From a virus: 64,000 nucleotides of DNA. The translations under genes were made by a program, and so were the position numbers. The notes under the pieces were generated by a model. That model ran no database searches, was not told where the DNA came from, and saw only the letters and a list, made by a program, of their open reading frames with translations. Location of the stretch: positions 27,483 through 91,482 of the IMG/VR virus record IMGVR_UViG_3300049491_000419; one strand, 5' to 3'. This document shows, in pieces, positions 9,545 to 19,436 of the stretch. The first letter of the stretch is position 1, and every line of letters begins with the position of its first letter.

Positions 9545-11911
9545 TTAAGCGGGGAATTTTTTATCACATCCATTAGGATCAACATTATTCACAATCATTG
9601 TGATAATGTTTGGACCACGACGTGCAACTTGTGTAAACCATTTTGAATCTCTCAACGACTGGCCTGCAAGATTATAGTCACCAGTTTTCATGCCGGCAAT
9701 AAATCTTTTGAATTTAGAAAGTCTTCCTTCGCCAAGGTTGTAACAAAGATCAGCGCATGCACGTTTACGGATATCGGTTAGGTCACCCCAGACATCTGTA
9801 CCGATAAGTCGCATTGCACCCGAGATAGAAATAGCCGCATCTTGTTCAAACCATTGTGACACTTGATCAGCTGTGATCGCAGTCGGTATTGGATATTTTG
9901 TTATTTCGTTTGAACGCAATAGGTGGCCAATACCACCTGTCGGTAAACCAACGCTATCAAGATATGAAACATATTTAACACCCTCGTGTATCTTAAGCTG
10001 GCATTGATATGCTGACATGTTGAAGTCTTTTGTAACTGCACTCTCAATTGCCGGTGTTGGTGGAATGTCGGTATTGTTTGCACCCGGCGTTGTATTTGTA
10101 GGTGGAGATGCTGCTGGTTCATTACCTGCACCACCCGAACCTTCATAGGTTTTCGAACCTTCATTTTGTGTTGGTGTGTACCCTGTGATAGATTTGAATG
10201 AGAATGTTTCGTGTTCCGGACATGGCTCATACGTAGGTAAGGTGCTAACAGTAGTATTCAATGATTGAGAATTTCTTTTGAATTTAGATTCAGCATCGGC
10301 CCAGGTTGCTAGAATATTAATCTTTTCGGTTACTTGTTTAATTTCAGCGGCTGTTGCAGCGGTTGCATCAGTCGCAGGTGAAGCTGAATTAGCAGTCTTT
10401 GGAGGCCCAACTGGGCCTGGTGCACCAAGGCTAACAGAAGTACCAATAATCGCGCCACCTGCAACACCCAACAATCCGTTAATACCGGCATCACCCTGGA
10501 TGTTTGCTGCACCAGAGATATCAACATCTCCCTGCACAACTAAGTCCGAAGTAGTGATGTTTACGGTACCGGAGATTGTCTCCTTAACAGTATCAGCGGT
10601 AAGGTTGTATTCAGCAGCTTGCAATACAATATTGCCTGTTGCGTGATAGTTTTGATTTCCTGTAGTGGTTACGTCATAATCGCCGGTAACAAGGACATCG
10701 CCATTTCCGGATACAGTGATAAACATATTACGACCGACAGTCAGATTATAATCTCGCTTCACAGAGTTAAATGAATCTTGAGTTACTGTGGTGTGCATAT
10801 TATTCAACGCTTGCATAACAATATTGCCGCCTTGACCTGCACCTTCGCCTACATACTTGTAATATGGCAGGTTAGTTACTGGCTTAGGAACATTATTCAC
10901 ATCATATGTAAACGATGTTGTTGATGCTGTTGTATCCTTGGCTGCCTTCATATAGATATTTTGGCCGGCCTCAATATTGATGTTTCTGTCTGCACGCAAG
11001 TTAATGTCTTGTTGTGCTCTCATAGAAATATTTGTTGCGCCAAAAATATCAATATTTCCCTTTTGGTCCATCTGTACCCATGCAGAACCATCGCGGTTGA
11101 TTAGATATACAAAGCCATTGGTTTCATCCAATCTAATCTGCGCACCAGTCTTGGTAGTCAATTGAACATATTCAGAACCTGTCTCATCATCCATAATAAA
11201 TGATGATCCGCCTTTTCTTCTAATATTCGCCGGTGATACATTTTCATCAATGACTGGCCCAGGAGTGATAATACCGAACACACGGCTCGGCGATTCTCTT
11301 CTTGCACTTGCAGAAGTTGTACCACGACCCTGATCATTAATGAGGCCTTGATTTCCTAAACCTTTAAATTTAGTTGCCTCATATGGTTTGATAGTTCGGT
11401 CCGGGTTGGTAACCTTTAGATCCCACTTATTGTATTCGGCAACAGGAATAATTTTTCCGGCATACTGGTAGTTACTAGGGCTTGCAGCCATACCGGGAAC
11501 CATATTATTCATGAATTGGTTATATAGGCAACCGATCCAAAAACCTCTTGCTGGGTCACCGTTGACAAATACAACAAGAACTTGATTATTAATGTCTGGA
11601 GGAACCATCCACATTCCGTAGGAGGTTTGTGTGCCTTCGAAGGTTTGTTGATTCGCTTTACTAATTGTTTCAACATTAGTTGCGCCCGCAAATGGAGAAC
11701 AATAGCTAACAATCATCCAGCCCTGTTCTTCTTCTGGGGCAGAACCTAGTTCCGGGATCCATACACGTAATCTACCGTTACGCTGAACGTCCGAAACATC
11801 CTTAACGAAGCCGACCATAACCCCATTGAGCAGAGACATTCTGCCAATAGGTTTTTGTAGTTCATTTGATGTAGGAGAAACTGTTCTCGTATTTGTGTCA
11901 ATATATGGCAT
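9545..11911 (-). CDS. gp5: Baseplate hub/spike protein, gp5-like, with C-terminal T4-type (GH24) lysozyme
   Basis: N-terminal OB-fold motif (GRLRVWIPELG...PPDINNQVLVVFVNGD), beta-helix repeats, C-terminal HEGVKYVSYLDSVGLPTGGIGH with E-x8-D-x5-T triad. Confidence 0.85.
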   Translation of the reverse strand: MPYIDTNTRTVSPTSNELQKPIGRMSLLNGVMVGFVKDVSDVQRNGRLRVWIPELGSAPEEEQGWMIVSYCSPFAGATNVETISKANQQTFEGTQTSYGMWMVPPDINNQVLVVFVNGDPARGFWIGCLYNQFMNNMVPGMAASPSNYQYAGKIIPVAEYNKWDLKVTNPDRTIKPYEATKFKGLGNQGLINDQGRGTTSASARRESPSRVFGIITPGPVIDENVSPANIRRKGGSSFIMDDETGSEYVQLTTKTGAQIRLDETNGFVYLINRDGSAWVQMDQKGNIDIFGATNISMRAQQDINLRADRNINIEAGQNIYMKAAKDTTASTTSFTYDVNNVPKPVTNLPYYKYVGEGAGQGGNIVMQALNNMHTTVTQDSFNSVKRDYNLTVGRNMFITVSGNGDVLVTGDYDVTTTGNQNYHATGNIVLQAAEYNLTADTVKETISGTVNITTSDLVVQGDVDISGAANIQGDAGINGLLGVAGGAIIGTSVSLGAPGPVGPPKTANSASPATDATAATAAEIKQVTEKINILATWADAESKFKRNSQSLNTTVSTLPTYEPCPEHETFSFKSITGYTPTQNEGSKTYEGSGGAGNEPAASPPTNTTPGANNTDIPPTPAIESAVTKDFNMSAYQCQLKIHEGVKYVSYLDSVGLPTGGIGHLLRSNEITKYPIPTAITADQVSQWFEQDAAISISGAMRLIGTDVWGDLTDIRKRACADLCYNLGEGRLSKFKRFIAGMKTGDYNLAGQSLRDSKWFTQVARRGPNIITMIVNNVDPNGCDKKFPA

Positions 11912-11914
11912 TCA

Positions 11915-14584
11915 TTATCCGCCGGTAAATTTTGATGGTAGGCCTGCCAAAATACTAGGTACAGATGTTGGAATGTTAGAACCTAAGTTCGGTCCCTTAA
12001 ATTGTACACCCTGTCTAATTGCAATTTCGGCAGCGTTTAATTGTGGATTCAAATAGCTCTGCACACCCGGAATATCAACCTTACCCATAATTCTCGGCTT
12101 GATGCTGAAATCCTTAACTAATGATGTATCAGCAACCAGGGATTCCGGAGATGCAGGTATGTCTCGTGTCTTATTATTTGTTTCAATTTCTTCCATGAAG
12201 TTTAGGATATTGATATTATAATCCATTAAGCATTGCAATTCTTGGTGGAACTTACCTGCCTCAAACTTACTGGTAATACTTACCACCTTGAAGACTCCGC
12301 TAAATGTTTCAACATCAGTTAGTGCATTTGTATCATCAGGCAATGTGCTGCCAATATCAAATACTCTAGGAGTTCTAAATCTAACAATAATGAAGTTATC
12401 TGTGCCGGTAATGTTAACAGCATCTTTCAATTGGAAATGGGCGCGCTTGATCCACTCAAAAGCTTCTGCATCGGGTTTTAGAGAATTGTAAAGTCTTGCG
12501 GTACCGTCAATTGTGGGCTGTGGGAATAACCAAAACGGATCACCCTTGATATTCAAACTAATCTTGGCAAATGATACATCTTGCGTGCTGTGCATCGCTA
12601 CAGAGAAAATGCTAGAGAGTTTCTGAATACCGGAGTTACTGCTCGATTCAATGCCTGCTCCAATCTGGCGTTGTTGCATACTATCAATCCTTGCAACCGG
12701 TCTTAGTTTACCCTTAATACCCTTAACATAATCATTATATGCTTGTTTGGCATCTGCACCGCCGGGATTTACATCAGAAATAAATCTAAGATTTTGATCT
12801 GTAGTTTTATCCTTAATTGGTGTTGCAATACTCTGGGCCCTTAGACGTTGTCTTGCCAGAACACCATCCTGGTCAATGCCACCCACTGCTTGGGCGGATT
12901 TTGCAAAATTTGTCCAACTTTCTGGCTTAGCATTTTCTAATAGCTTTGTATATCTTTCTTTTGCACCAGGTGGCAAGGTGGCAGTATTAATAGCCTCCTG
13001 AGCTTCTTTATATGCTGCCTTACTTGCAACCGACCCAGAATCATTGCTGTGTTGAAACTTAATAGCACTAGAAAGTTTTTCTGTTACAGAACCCTCATCA
13101 TAGGAATGGTTGTGAGTTACAACACCCTTATCTGCCATTGCAGCATTATAATAAATTCCACCCATGCGTGCTGTAGCAGATGCAAATGCATTATTAATTC
13201 TAATATCGAAATTAATAATCTGATCATTAAGTCCGGTAAAGATATAATTGTACTTCTTCTTCAGAATTGCCTTCTTAACATAAGTTTCAAGTCTGCGTCT
13301 CTCAGCCTCAATTGTCTTGTCTCCCGCACTATCCTGGAATGTATTTGTATCGAGAACACCAATATCGTACTGCACAACAAAGATAGTAAATTCGCGTGCG
13401 TAATTGTTTTGTCTTGGGTCAAATTTTATTGGGCGCGATTCAGTAATAATTCTCCAGAATTTTTTCATCTGGCTTACTTGATCATTCATTGTCTTGCCAT
13501 TGGCCCCGGGGGTATTGGAGTTTTTAATCAACTCTTGATACTCTGGTGTTTGAGCTAATAATGTATCGATAATCTTGTCTACTGATGTTCCTGAGACAAA
13601 CGATGCATTCTTACCATCAAATTTAACAGTGTCATCATTACGCACTGAGTCTGTATTGTGATCCGACGGAGTAACTCTGTATTTTGCAATAATTGGATCT
13701 ACCTTAATCTGGTACGTATCCGGAATACTTGCATTATCGATTAATCTATAGATTTGGTCTTCGTTAATACGTTGCTGCAATTTTGCCATTGCATCGTCAA
13801 CTGTTGATAAGCCTTCAAGAACTGTTGTATGTTGCAATGTGAAGTATGCATTACTTTGTGCCAATTCATTATAGACAATTGCAGAAACTTCATACTTTGT
13901 ACCGACCATTGTTACATTAGCCTTCATGTCGTTAAGCTTCAATGCCCACAGCCAACGGAGGTTTCCAATTGCACCAGGGGTGCCGGTATCTGCAGATGAA
14001 TTTACTGGATCTCTGCCCTTAAACTGCAATTGCAGGTAGAATGGCATAACATTCCAGTTACCAATGCCTAGTGCCAAAGACTCGTAGAAAATCTTGTCAA
14101 TAAGGCCTGCGCCAGCAGGTTCTGTAATATTGAATTTTACGTTTGTTGATGTTCCTGTTCCGCTGTCGACAGATGGAGTTGTAAGACTTTCAATAACCAC
14201 ACCATCGATAGTTAAGTCAGACACACCGGATTCAGCAATGATAATTTGCTTGTCTAAATTAAACACATCACCTGTGGCAGATGCATCAGGAGTAACAATG
14301 AATAGTTTCCAATGATAGGTTACAACATCATAGTTGTCTAGCAGATTTGGTATAAACGCTTCGTTGAGTTTGATTGGTCCAACATCAGTGTCTTGCGGTT
14401 TCTGTCCCGAAACAACATAGTTGTTACCTTCGTGCGAATAGTTATTATCAGATCGTGCAAACGCAGAAGCAGCTAGTGCAGGTGCCGATGGCACTGTAGG
14501 CAGGTTTGCAATGTGGGGTTTTGGTCCTAGGACCTTACCACCACTTTCAAACACCTGTTTTGTAAATTGTCCTCCACCCGGCAT
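11915..14584 (-). CDS. Baseplate hub/tail protein (gp27-like position, 889 aa)
   Basis: IKGDPFWL and FSGVFKVVSITSKF..GKFHQEL motifs of contractile-tail hub proteins; lies between gp53-like and gp5-like genes. Confidence 0.6.
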   Translation of the reverse strand: MPGGGQFTKQVFESGGKVLGPKPHIANLPTVPSAPALAASAFARSDNNYSHEGNNYVVSGQKPQDTDVGPIKLNEAFIPNLLDNYDVVTYHWKLFIVTPDASATGDVFNLDKQIIIAESGVSDLTIDGVVIESLTTPSVDSGTGTSTNVKFNITEPAGAGLIDKIFYESLALGIGNWNVMPFYLQLQFKGRDPVNSSADTGTPGAIGNLRWLWALKLNDMKANVTMVGTKYEVSAIVYNELAQSNAYFTLQHTTVLEGLSTVDDAMAKLQQRINEDQIYRLIDNASIPDTYQIKVDPIIAKYRVTPSDHNTDSVRNDDTVKFDGKNASFVSGTSVDKIIDTLLAQTPEYQELIKNSNTPGANGKTMNDQVSQMKKFWRIITESRPIKFDPRQNNYAREFTIFVVQYDIGVLDTNTFQDSAGDKTIEAERRRLETYVKKAILKKKYNYIFTGLNDQIINFDIRINNAFASATARMGGIYYNAAMADKGVVTHNHSYDEGSVTEKLSSAIKFQHSNDSGSVASKAAYKEAQEAINTATLPPGAKERYTKLLENAKPESWTNFAKSAQAVGGIDQDGVLARQRLRAQSIATPIKDKTTDQNLRFISDVNPGGADAKQAYNDYVKGIKGKLRPVARIDSMQQRQIGAGIESSSNSGIQKLSSIFSVAMHSTQDVSFAKISLNIKGDPFWLFPQPTIDGTARLYNSLKPDAEAFEWIKRAHFQLKDAVNITGTDNFIIVRFRTPRVFDIGSTLPDDTNALTDVETFSGVFKVVSITSKFEAGKFHQELQCLMDYNINILNFMEEIETNNKTRDIPASPESLVADTSLVKDFSIKPRIMGKVDIPGVQSYLNPQLNAAEIAIRQGVQFKGPNLGSNIPTSVPSILAGLPSKFTGG

Positions 14585-14585
14585 A

Positions 14586-14873
14586 TTATTGTTTCAAAAT
14601 GTTAGCTGGAACAAAGATTTCTAGTCCAGAGACAAAATCATTAATGGGGTCAATAATTAAGTCAGGGTTTCTAATGCAAAACACCCACCATAAGCGTGGT
14701 GTACCGTATTCTTGATTGCTCAGTAGATCTGGGCGTTGGTCAAATTCTGGAGGAATGATGATAATTTTATCAAAATCACTCTTTGGGACTTCTCTTGGAA
14801 TCCATAGGTCTAAGTACCAATTCTTAACTGGCGTTAATAGGTATTGACTTGAGTCTTTTGAATTTGCAGCCAT
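14586..14873 (-). CDS. gp53: Baseplate wedge LysM-like protein, gp53-like
   Basis: RPDLLSNQEYGTPRLWWVF motif. Confidence 0.75.
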   Translation of the reverse strand: MAANSKDSSQYLLTPVKNWYLDLWIPREVPKSDFDKIIIIPPEFDQRPDLLSNQEYGTPRLWWVFCIRNPDLIIDPINDFVSGLEIFVPANILKQ

Positions 14874-15553
14874 TAAATGTATCCATTATTGACAAGCTTG
14901 CCTGACCGAAAGTCATCAAGATTAAATTGATTTCTAAGTTGAATAGGAATATACTGAGTTTCTAATTCTAGGCTTACAGTCATATGTGTTGGAACCCACG
15001 TGAAGCCGCCGGAGTTTGCTGCAGGTAAACTCACACCCATATTTGCAGAATAGTTTAGGTTGTCTTTTGTATTAACTGGAACATAATCGATATTTGCTTC
15101 GTAACTATAGTCAAAATACTTTACGACAACCGGAACGTTATTGAATTGATATTCTCCCAAGTAGTTAAACACCAGTGTTGGTGGCGGTGTACCTGCTTTG
15201 TTATACGGAGAAACACCAAAATAAGATTTCGTAACGGATCGGAAGAAGTGGATGACCGCTAATAAATATAGAGCTTCATCGTTCGACTGTGCTGTGAATT
15301 CCGCAGTAATGCTTATTGGTTTTGGATAAGACCTAACATAGGCATTGTAATTATAGTTTGAATGGATGAAGGGCGTATTGTCGTATTCAGTCACAGAACC
15401 AGTTGAAATTGCTGGAGTATAAGGAAACAAAACACCACCCGTTTGATAAAGCGGAAATAAAATGTTTGAACTATTTCTGGGTCCAAGAATAGACAAGGAC
15501 TCGGCTCTGCCGGATTTCGGTTGTAGACGGGCACGTTGATCTTGTTGTTCCAT
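14873..15553 (-). CDS. Baseplate-tail tube junction/initiator protein (gp48/gp54-like)
   Basis: FPYTP...GTPPP.L.F...G...F.NVPVVV..F...Y motif. Start moved to MEQQ (15553) because the GGAGA SD and late box lie inside the longer ORF. Confidence 0.65.
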   Translation of the reverse strand: MEQQDQRARLQPKSGRAESLSILGPRNSSNILFPLYQTGGVLFPYTPAISTGSVTEYDNTPFIHSNYNYNAYVRSYPKPISITAEFTAQSNDEALYLLAVIHFFRSVTKSYFGVSPYNKAGTPPPTLVFNYLGEYQFNNVPVVVKYFDYSYEANIDYVPVNTKDNLNYSANMGVSLPAANSGGFTWVPTHMTVSLELETQYIPIQLRNQFNLDDFRSGKLVNNGYI

Positions 15554-15573
15554 TAGAAGTTCTCCTATCTTCT

Positions 15574-15582
15574 TATTTATCA
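15574..15582 (-). promoter_or_regulatory. Late promoter box TGATAAATA for the baseplate operon
   Basis: Upstream of the SD and ATG 15553. Confidence 0.75.
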
Positions 15583-15615
15583 AGGTCATAAAGTGGGTTG
15601 TTTATCCTGATACCC

Positions 15616-15644
15616 TTGACGAAATGCTCTGCGTGTGCTACAAT
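15616..15644 (+). promoter_or_regulatory. Sigma70-type promoter for gp55-gp47-gp46
   Basis: TTGACG-17 bp-TACAAT with extended -10 TG; GGAGA SD before ATG 15674. Confidence 0.75.
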
Positions 15645-15673
15645 CTATGAAACCCTAACAGGAGAAGACATTA

Positions 15674-16609
15674 ATGTCCCCAAACCTAGACGAAGAAATC
15701 CTTATTGAAGACGAAGATGGAGAAGAAGCACCGGAAGTTATTGAGGTGATTGCTCCTGTTAAGAAGATCAACTATCTTAACAATAAGGACATGCTTAAAG
15801 AGATTCACCGCAGTAAAAATTCCTTCTGCGAATACATTGATCCAAAGTACAGTGACTACGATGTTATTGTAGAAACACTTCCGGAAATTTTTCTGCCAGA
15901 GACGCAAGAGAGGGGAAAGATTGCTCGTGCAGCAAGAATCGCTGCAATGGGTTACGAAGCTGCAATGGCTGCTAATCCAAACGTTTCAAAAGCAGACAAG
16001 CCAAAGCTTTCAGAATTCAAGATCAAGCCAGACACATTATCTGTTGATGATTTAGTGTTTCGTGTATTGACATTCGACCATATTCCACTTATGCCGGGAC
16101 GTAAGAAGAATCCAAAGAGCGAAGCTGACAAGTATGTTAAGTTGAATTTCTATCCCTTCAAGCATTACATTATCGATCCTGTAGACGGCAAAGAAAAAGA
16201 AGTAGGCCGTTCACATTCAAAGGCAGGTAAGTTCAACCTAGAACGCGGCTCTATTACAAACAAGCTTGCAAAGATGTTCATCCTTATGGTGAACAAATAT
16301 GCACAGCGTGGTAACTGGCGCGGTTACACATACCTAGACGAAATGAAGGGCCAGGCACTATTGCAATTAGCGCAAATGGGATTGCAATTTGACGAATACA
16401 AATCAGACAATCCATTCTCATATTACACAGCAAGCGTCTCAAACAGCTTTACCCGTGTTCTTAACTTAGAAAAGAAGAATCAAGATCTTCGTGACGACCT
16501 ATTAATTGACAGTGGTGCAAGCCCAAGCTTCTCCCGTCAGCTAGCGGTAGAAGAAGAAATTCGTAGACTAAGAGAAGATGCAACGGATTCAGCGAAAGAT
16601 GAACACTAA
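15674..16609 (+). CDS. gp55: Late-transcription sigma factor, T4 gp55-like
   Basis: NYLNNKDMLKEI...NWRGYTYLDEM...FDEYKSDNPFSYYT motifs; canonical 55-47-46 synteny. Confidence 0.85.
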   Translation: MSPNLDEEILIEDEDGEEAPEVIEVIAPVKKINYLNNKDMLKEIHRSKNSFCEYIDPKYSDYDVIVETLPEIFLPETQERGKIARAARIAAMGYEAAMAANPNVSKADKPKLSEFKIKPDTLSVDDLVFRVLTFDHIPLMPGRKKNPKSEADKYVKLNFYPFKHYIIDPVDGKEKEVGRSHSKAGKFNLERGSITNKLAKMFILMVNKYAQRGNWRGYTYLDEMKGQALLQLAQMGLQFDEYKSDNPFSYYTASVSNSFTRVLNLEKKNQDLRDDLLIDSGASPSFSRQLAVEEEIRRLREDATDSAKDEH

Positions 16610-17615
16610 TCTATTTGATAAAACTGTAGTCTTTACAGATATTCATTTCGGCTTACGTCACAACTCTGCAGAGCACAATAAAGACTGTTTAGACTTTCTT
16701 GATTGGCTCATTGCAGAGGCGCGTAAATATGGCGCCGAAACCTGTATCTTTATGGGTGATTGGCACCACCATCGTTCGAATATTAATATTCTAACGCTTG
16801 ACTACACTATGCAAGCGTTGAGGAAACTCAACGCTGCATTTAAAAAATGCTATGTCATGGTAGGCAACCACGATCTCTTCTATAGAGAAAAGCGTGATAT
16901 CCACTCCATGGTTGTAGGTAGCGAATTCCCAAACATTGTGTTGGTCGATGCTCCTATGGTCGAGGGTGATGTCGGGCTAATTCCTTGGCTTGTTGAGGAC
17001 GAATGGAAAGATGTAACCGACATTAAAACAAAGTACATCTTCGGCCATTTGGAGCTACCAGGCTTTAAGATGAATGCAATGGTGGAGATGCCCGACCATG
17101 GCACACTTAATGCTGATCATTTCAGACATCAAGATATAGTGTTTTCCGGTCACTTCCACAAGCGTCAAACAAAGGGTAAGATCAATTACATTGGTAATCC
17201 CTTTGGTCACAACTATTCAGACGTATGGGATTTTGAACGTGGTGGCATGTTTTTAGAATGGGGCAAGGAACCTGTGTTTCTAGATTACACAGATGGTCCT
17301 CGTTTCATTACTATCAACCTGACTGCATTGCTTGAGAATCCAGATCTCTATCTAAAACCAAAAACATATCTTCAAGTTACCCTTGATGCTAACATTACAT
17401 ACGAAGAAGCAAGCTTCTTGCGTGAGACATTTCTATCTCAATACAATGTTAGAGAATTCAAACTCGTTAAGAACCAAGACGACGAGCTATCAAAGGATTA
17501 CGCCGGAGACATAACATTCAAAACAGTTGACCAAATTGTTGTCGAACAATTAACTAATATCGAAAGTGACTCATTCGATACTAAGTTGCTGATTGAAATT
17601 TATAATGGACTCTAA
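16599..17615 (+). CDS. gp47: Recombination nuclease gp47 (Mre11/SbcD-like)
   Basis: Phosphoesterase motifs DIHFG, GDWHH, GNHD, GH, SGHFH. Start probably MNTN at 16599. Confidence 0.92.
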   Translation: MNTNLFDKTVVFTDIHFGLRHNSAEHNKDCLDFLDWLIAEARKYGAETCIFMGDWHHHRSNINILTLDYTMQALRKLNAAFKKCYVMVGNHDLFYREKRDIHSMVVGSEFPNIVLVDAPMVEGDVGLIPWLVEDEWKDVTDIKTKYIFGHLELPGFKMNAMVEMPDHGTLNADHFRHQDIVFSGHFHKRQTKGKINYIGNPFGHNYSDVWDFERGGMFLEWGKEPVFLDYTDGPRFITINLTALLENPDLYLKPKTYLQVTLDANITYEEASFLRETFLSQYNVREFKLVKNQDDELSKDYAGDITFKTVDQIVVEQLTNIESDSFDTKLLIEIYNGL

Positions 17616-17618
17616 TAC

Positions 17619-19406
17619 ATGCTGAATCTGAAAGGTCTAACAATTAAAAACTTCATGAGTATCGGCAACGTTACTCAGTCGGTGAATTTCACTGAGAATG
17701 ATCTAGTCCTTGTGCTTGGCGAAAACCTAGACTTGGGCGGAAATGATAATAGAAACGGTGTTGGTAAATCTACAATTGTGAACGCACTAAGCTATGCTTT
17801 GTATGGTGGTGCTCTAACTAACATCAAGAAAGATAATCTAATCAATAAGACTAATATGAAACACATGTTAGTCACGTTATCCTTTGAGGTTAACAATGTT
17901 GAATACAGAGTTGAGCGTGGACGCAAGCCCGGTATCTTCAAGTTTATCAAAGATGGTGTTGAGAAAGATACCGGTGAAGATGAATCGCAGGGTGAAGGTA
18001 GACACACCCAAGAAGAAATTGAAAGAATTATAGGAATTTCGCATGATATGTTTAAGCATATCTTGGCGTTGAATACCTATGTTGAACCATTTCTTGCTTT
18101 AAGGACAAATGATGCACGGGCCATCATTGAACAATTACTGGGCATAACAAAGCTATCAGAAAAAGCTGACAAACTTAAAGAGGAATCAAAGACTACACGT
18201 GACGAAATTAAAGAGGAAGAGTTTCGTATTTCGGCAGCCACCGAGGCAAACAAACGTATAGAACAGAATATCTTGGGCCTTGAGTCAAAGTCGTCCTTCT
18301 GGGACCGTGCTAAGGCGCAAAAAATAGAGAAGCTACAGAAGTCTATCCTAGAGATGCTTGCGGTAGATATTGATTCTGAAATTTCTCTACACAAGTCTAA
18401 GAAAGAGATTGAGGATTTAGCTGCCGAATATCGTTCCCTGACAAAAGAGCTTTCGGGGTTAGACAAAGAGGTTAGCGAAATCAATCGCATTAAGGTTCGT
18501 CTAGAAAAGAATCTTAACAGTTATTCTGCTGACATTTGCCCTAAGTGTAATCAGCCTATGGATGCTGAGACTCATAAAAAGTTACATGACGAAGATTTAG
18601 CCGACCACGTTGACGCCATAACAAGGCTGACTGATAAGGAAACAAAACGCAATGAAGTTAAGACTCTTGCCGAGTCGGTAGCTTCTATTATCCCAGCAGT
18701 ACCAGCAACTTTCTACAGCACACTTGATGAGGCATATAACCACAAGTCGACTCTTGATACCTTAGGAAATAACCTAAGCCTTGAACTTGATTCTGTTAAT
18801 CCCTTTGTTGACCAAATAGAGGCTCTAAAGAGGGACGGATTGCAGGTTATTGACTTCGCGAAGTTAAATACACTGGTGAAGTTGCGTGACCATCAGGAGT
18901 TCTTAAATAAACTTTTGACGAGCAAGGACAGCTTCATCCGCAAGAAGATCATTGACCAGAATTTAGCATTTCTGAATCACCGACTAGCACACTATCTTGC
19001 GGATATCGGATTACCCCATTCTGTAAAGTTCAAGTCTGACCTAGACGTTGAAATTACAATGTATGGTAAGGAGTTTGACTTTGATAATTTAAGTCGAGGT
19101 GAAAGGACAAGATTGATCTTGTCCTTGTCTTGGTCTTTTAGAGATGTTTTTGAATCCATGAATGATAAAATCAATTTGCTCTTTATCGACGAGCTTATTG
19201 ATTCTGGGCTAGACTCGAGTGGTGTTGAGGCTGCCCTTGCAATCTTGAAGAAGATGGGAAGGGAGAACAAGAGAAACATTTTCTTAATTAGCCATAGAGA
19301 CGAATTGATTGGGCGTGTATCTAATGTACTAAAGGTTATCAAGGAAGGTGGATTTACAAGCCTAGAGACTAACGATACTCTTGACACGCAAAGAGTGTCA
19401 AGCTAA
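17619..19406 (+). CDS. gp46: Recombination ATPase gp46 (Rad50/SbcC-like)
   Basis: Walker A NGVGKST, CPKC zinc hook in coiled coil, LSRGE signature, LLFIDE Walker B, ISH. Confidence 0.93.
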   Translation: MLNLKGLTIKNFMSIGNVTQSVNFTENDLVLVLGENLDLGGNDNRNGVGKSTIVNALSYALYGGALTNIKKDNLINKTNMKHMLVTLSFEVNNVEYRVERGRKPGIFKFIKDGVEKDTGEDESQGEGRHTQEEIERIIGISHDMFKHILALNTYVEPFLALRTNDARAIIEQLLGITKLSEKADKLKEESKTTRDEIKEEEFRISAATEANKRIEQNILGLESKSSFWDRAKAQKIEKLQKSILEMLAVDIDSEISLHKSKKEIEDLAAEYRSLTKELSGLDKEVSEINRIKVRLEKNLNSYSADICPKCNQPMDAETHKKLHDEDLADHVDAITRLTDKETKRNEVKTLAESVASIIPAVPATFYSTLDEAYNHKSTLDTLGNNLSLELDSVNPFVDQIEALKRDGLQVIDFAKLNTLVKLRDHQEFLNKLLTSKDSFIRKKIIDQNLAFLNHRLAHYLADIGLPHSVKFKSDLDVEITMYGKEFDFDNLSRGERTRLILSLSWSFRDVFESMNDKINLLFIDELIDSGLDSSGVEAALAILKKMGRENKRNIFLISHRDELIGRVSNVLKVIKEGGFTSLETNDTLDTQRVSS

Positions 19407-19409
19407 ACT
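19380..19409 (+). promoter_or_regulatory. Sigma70-type promoter overlapped by an 8-bp inverted repeat
   Basis: TTGACA(19381)-17 bp-TAAACT(19404); CTTGACAC-N7-GTGTCAAG palindrome at 19380-19402. Confidence 0.65.
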
Positions 19410-19436
19410 AGAACTTCAATAATAAGAAAGGATTTT

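Noticed and set aside
4931-15553. Tailocin/eCIS or type VI secretion locus
   Set aside because: Portal, protease, scaffold, capsid and gp55/46/47 genes in the same window show a complete T4-like phage.
16599-19406. Nuclease-ATPase pair as an anti-phage defence system
   Set aside because: Motifs and 55-47-46 synteny identify the ordinary T4-type recombination complex.
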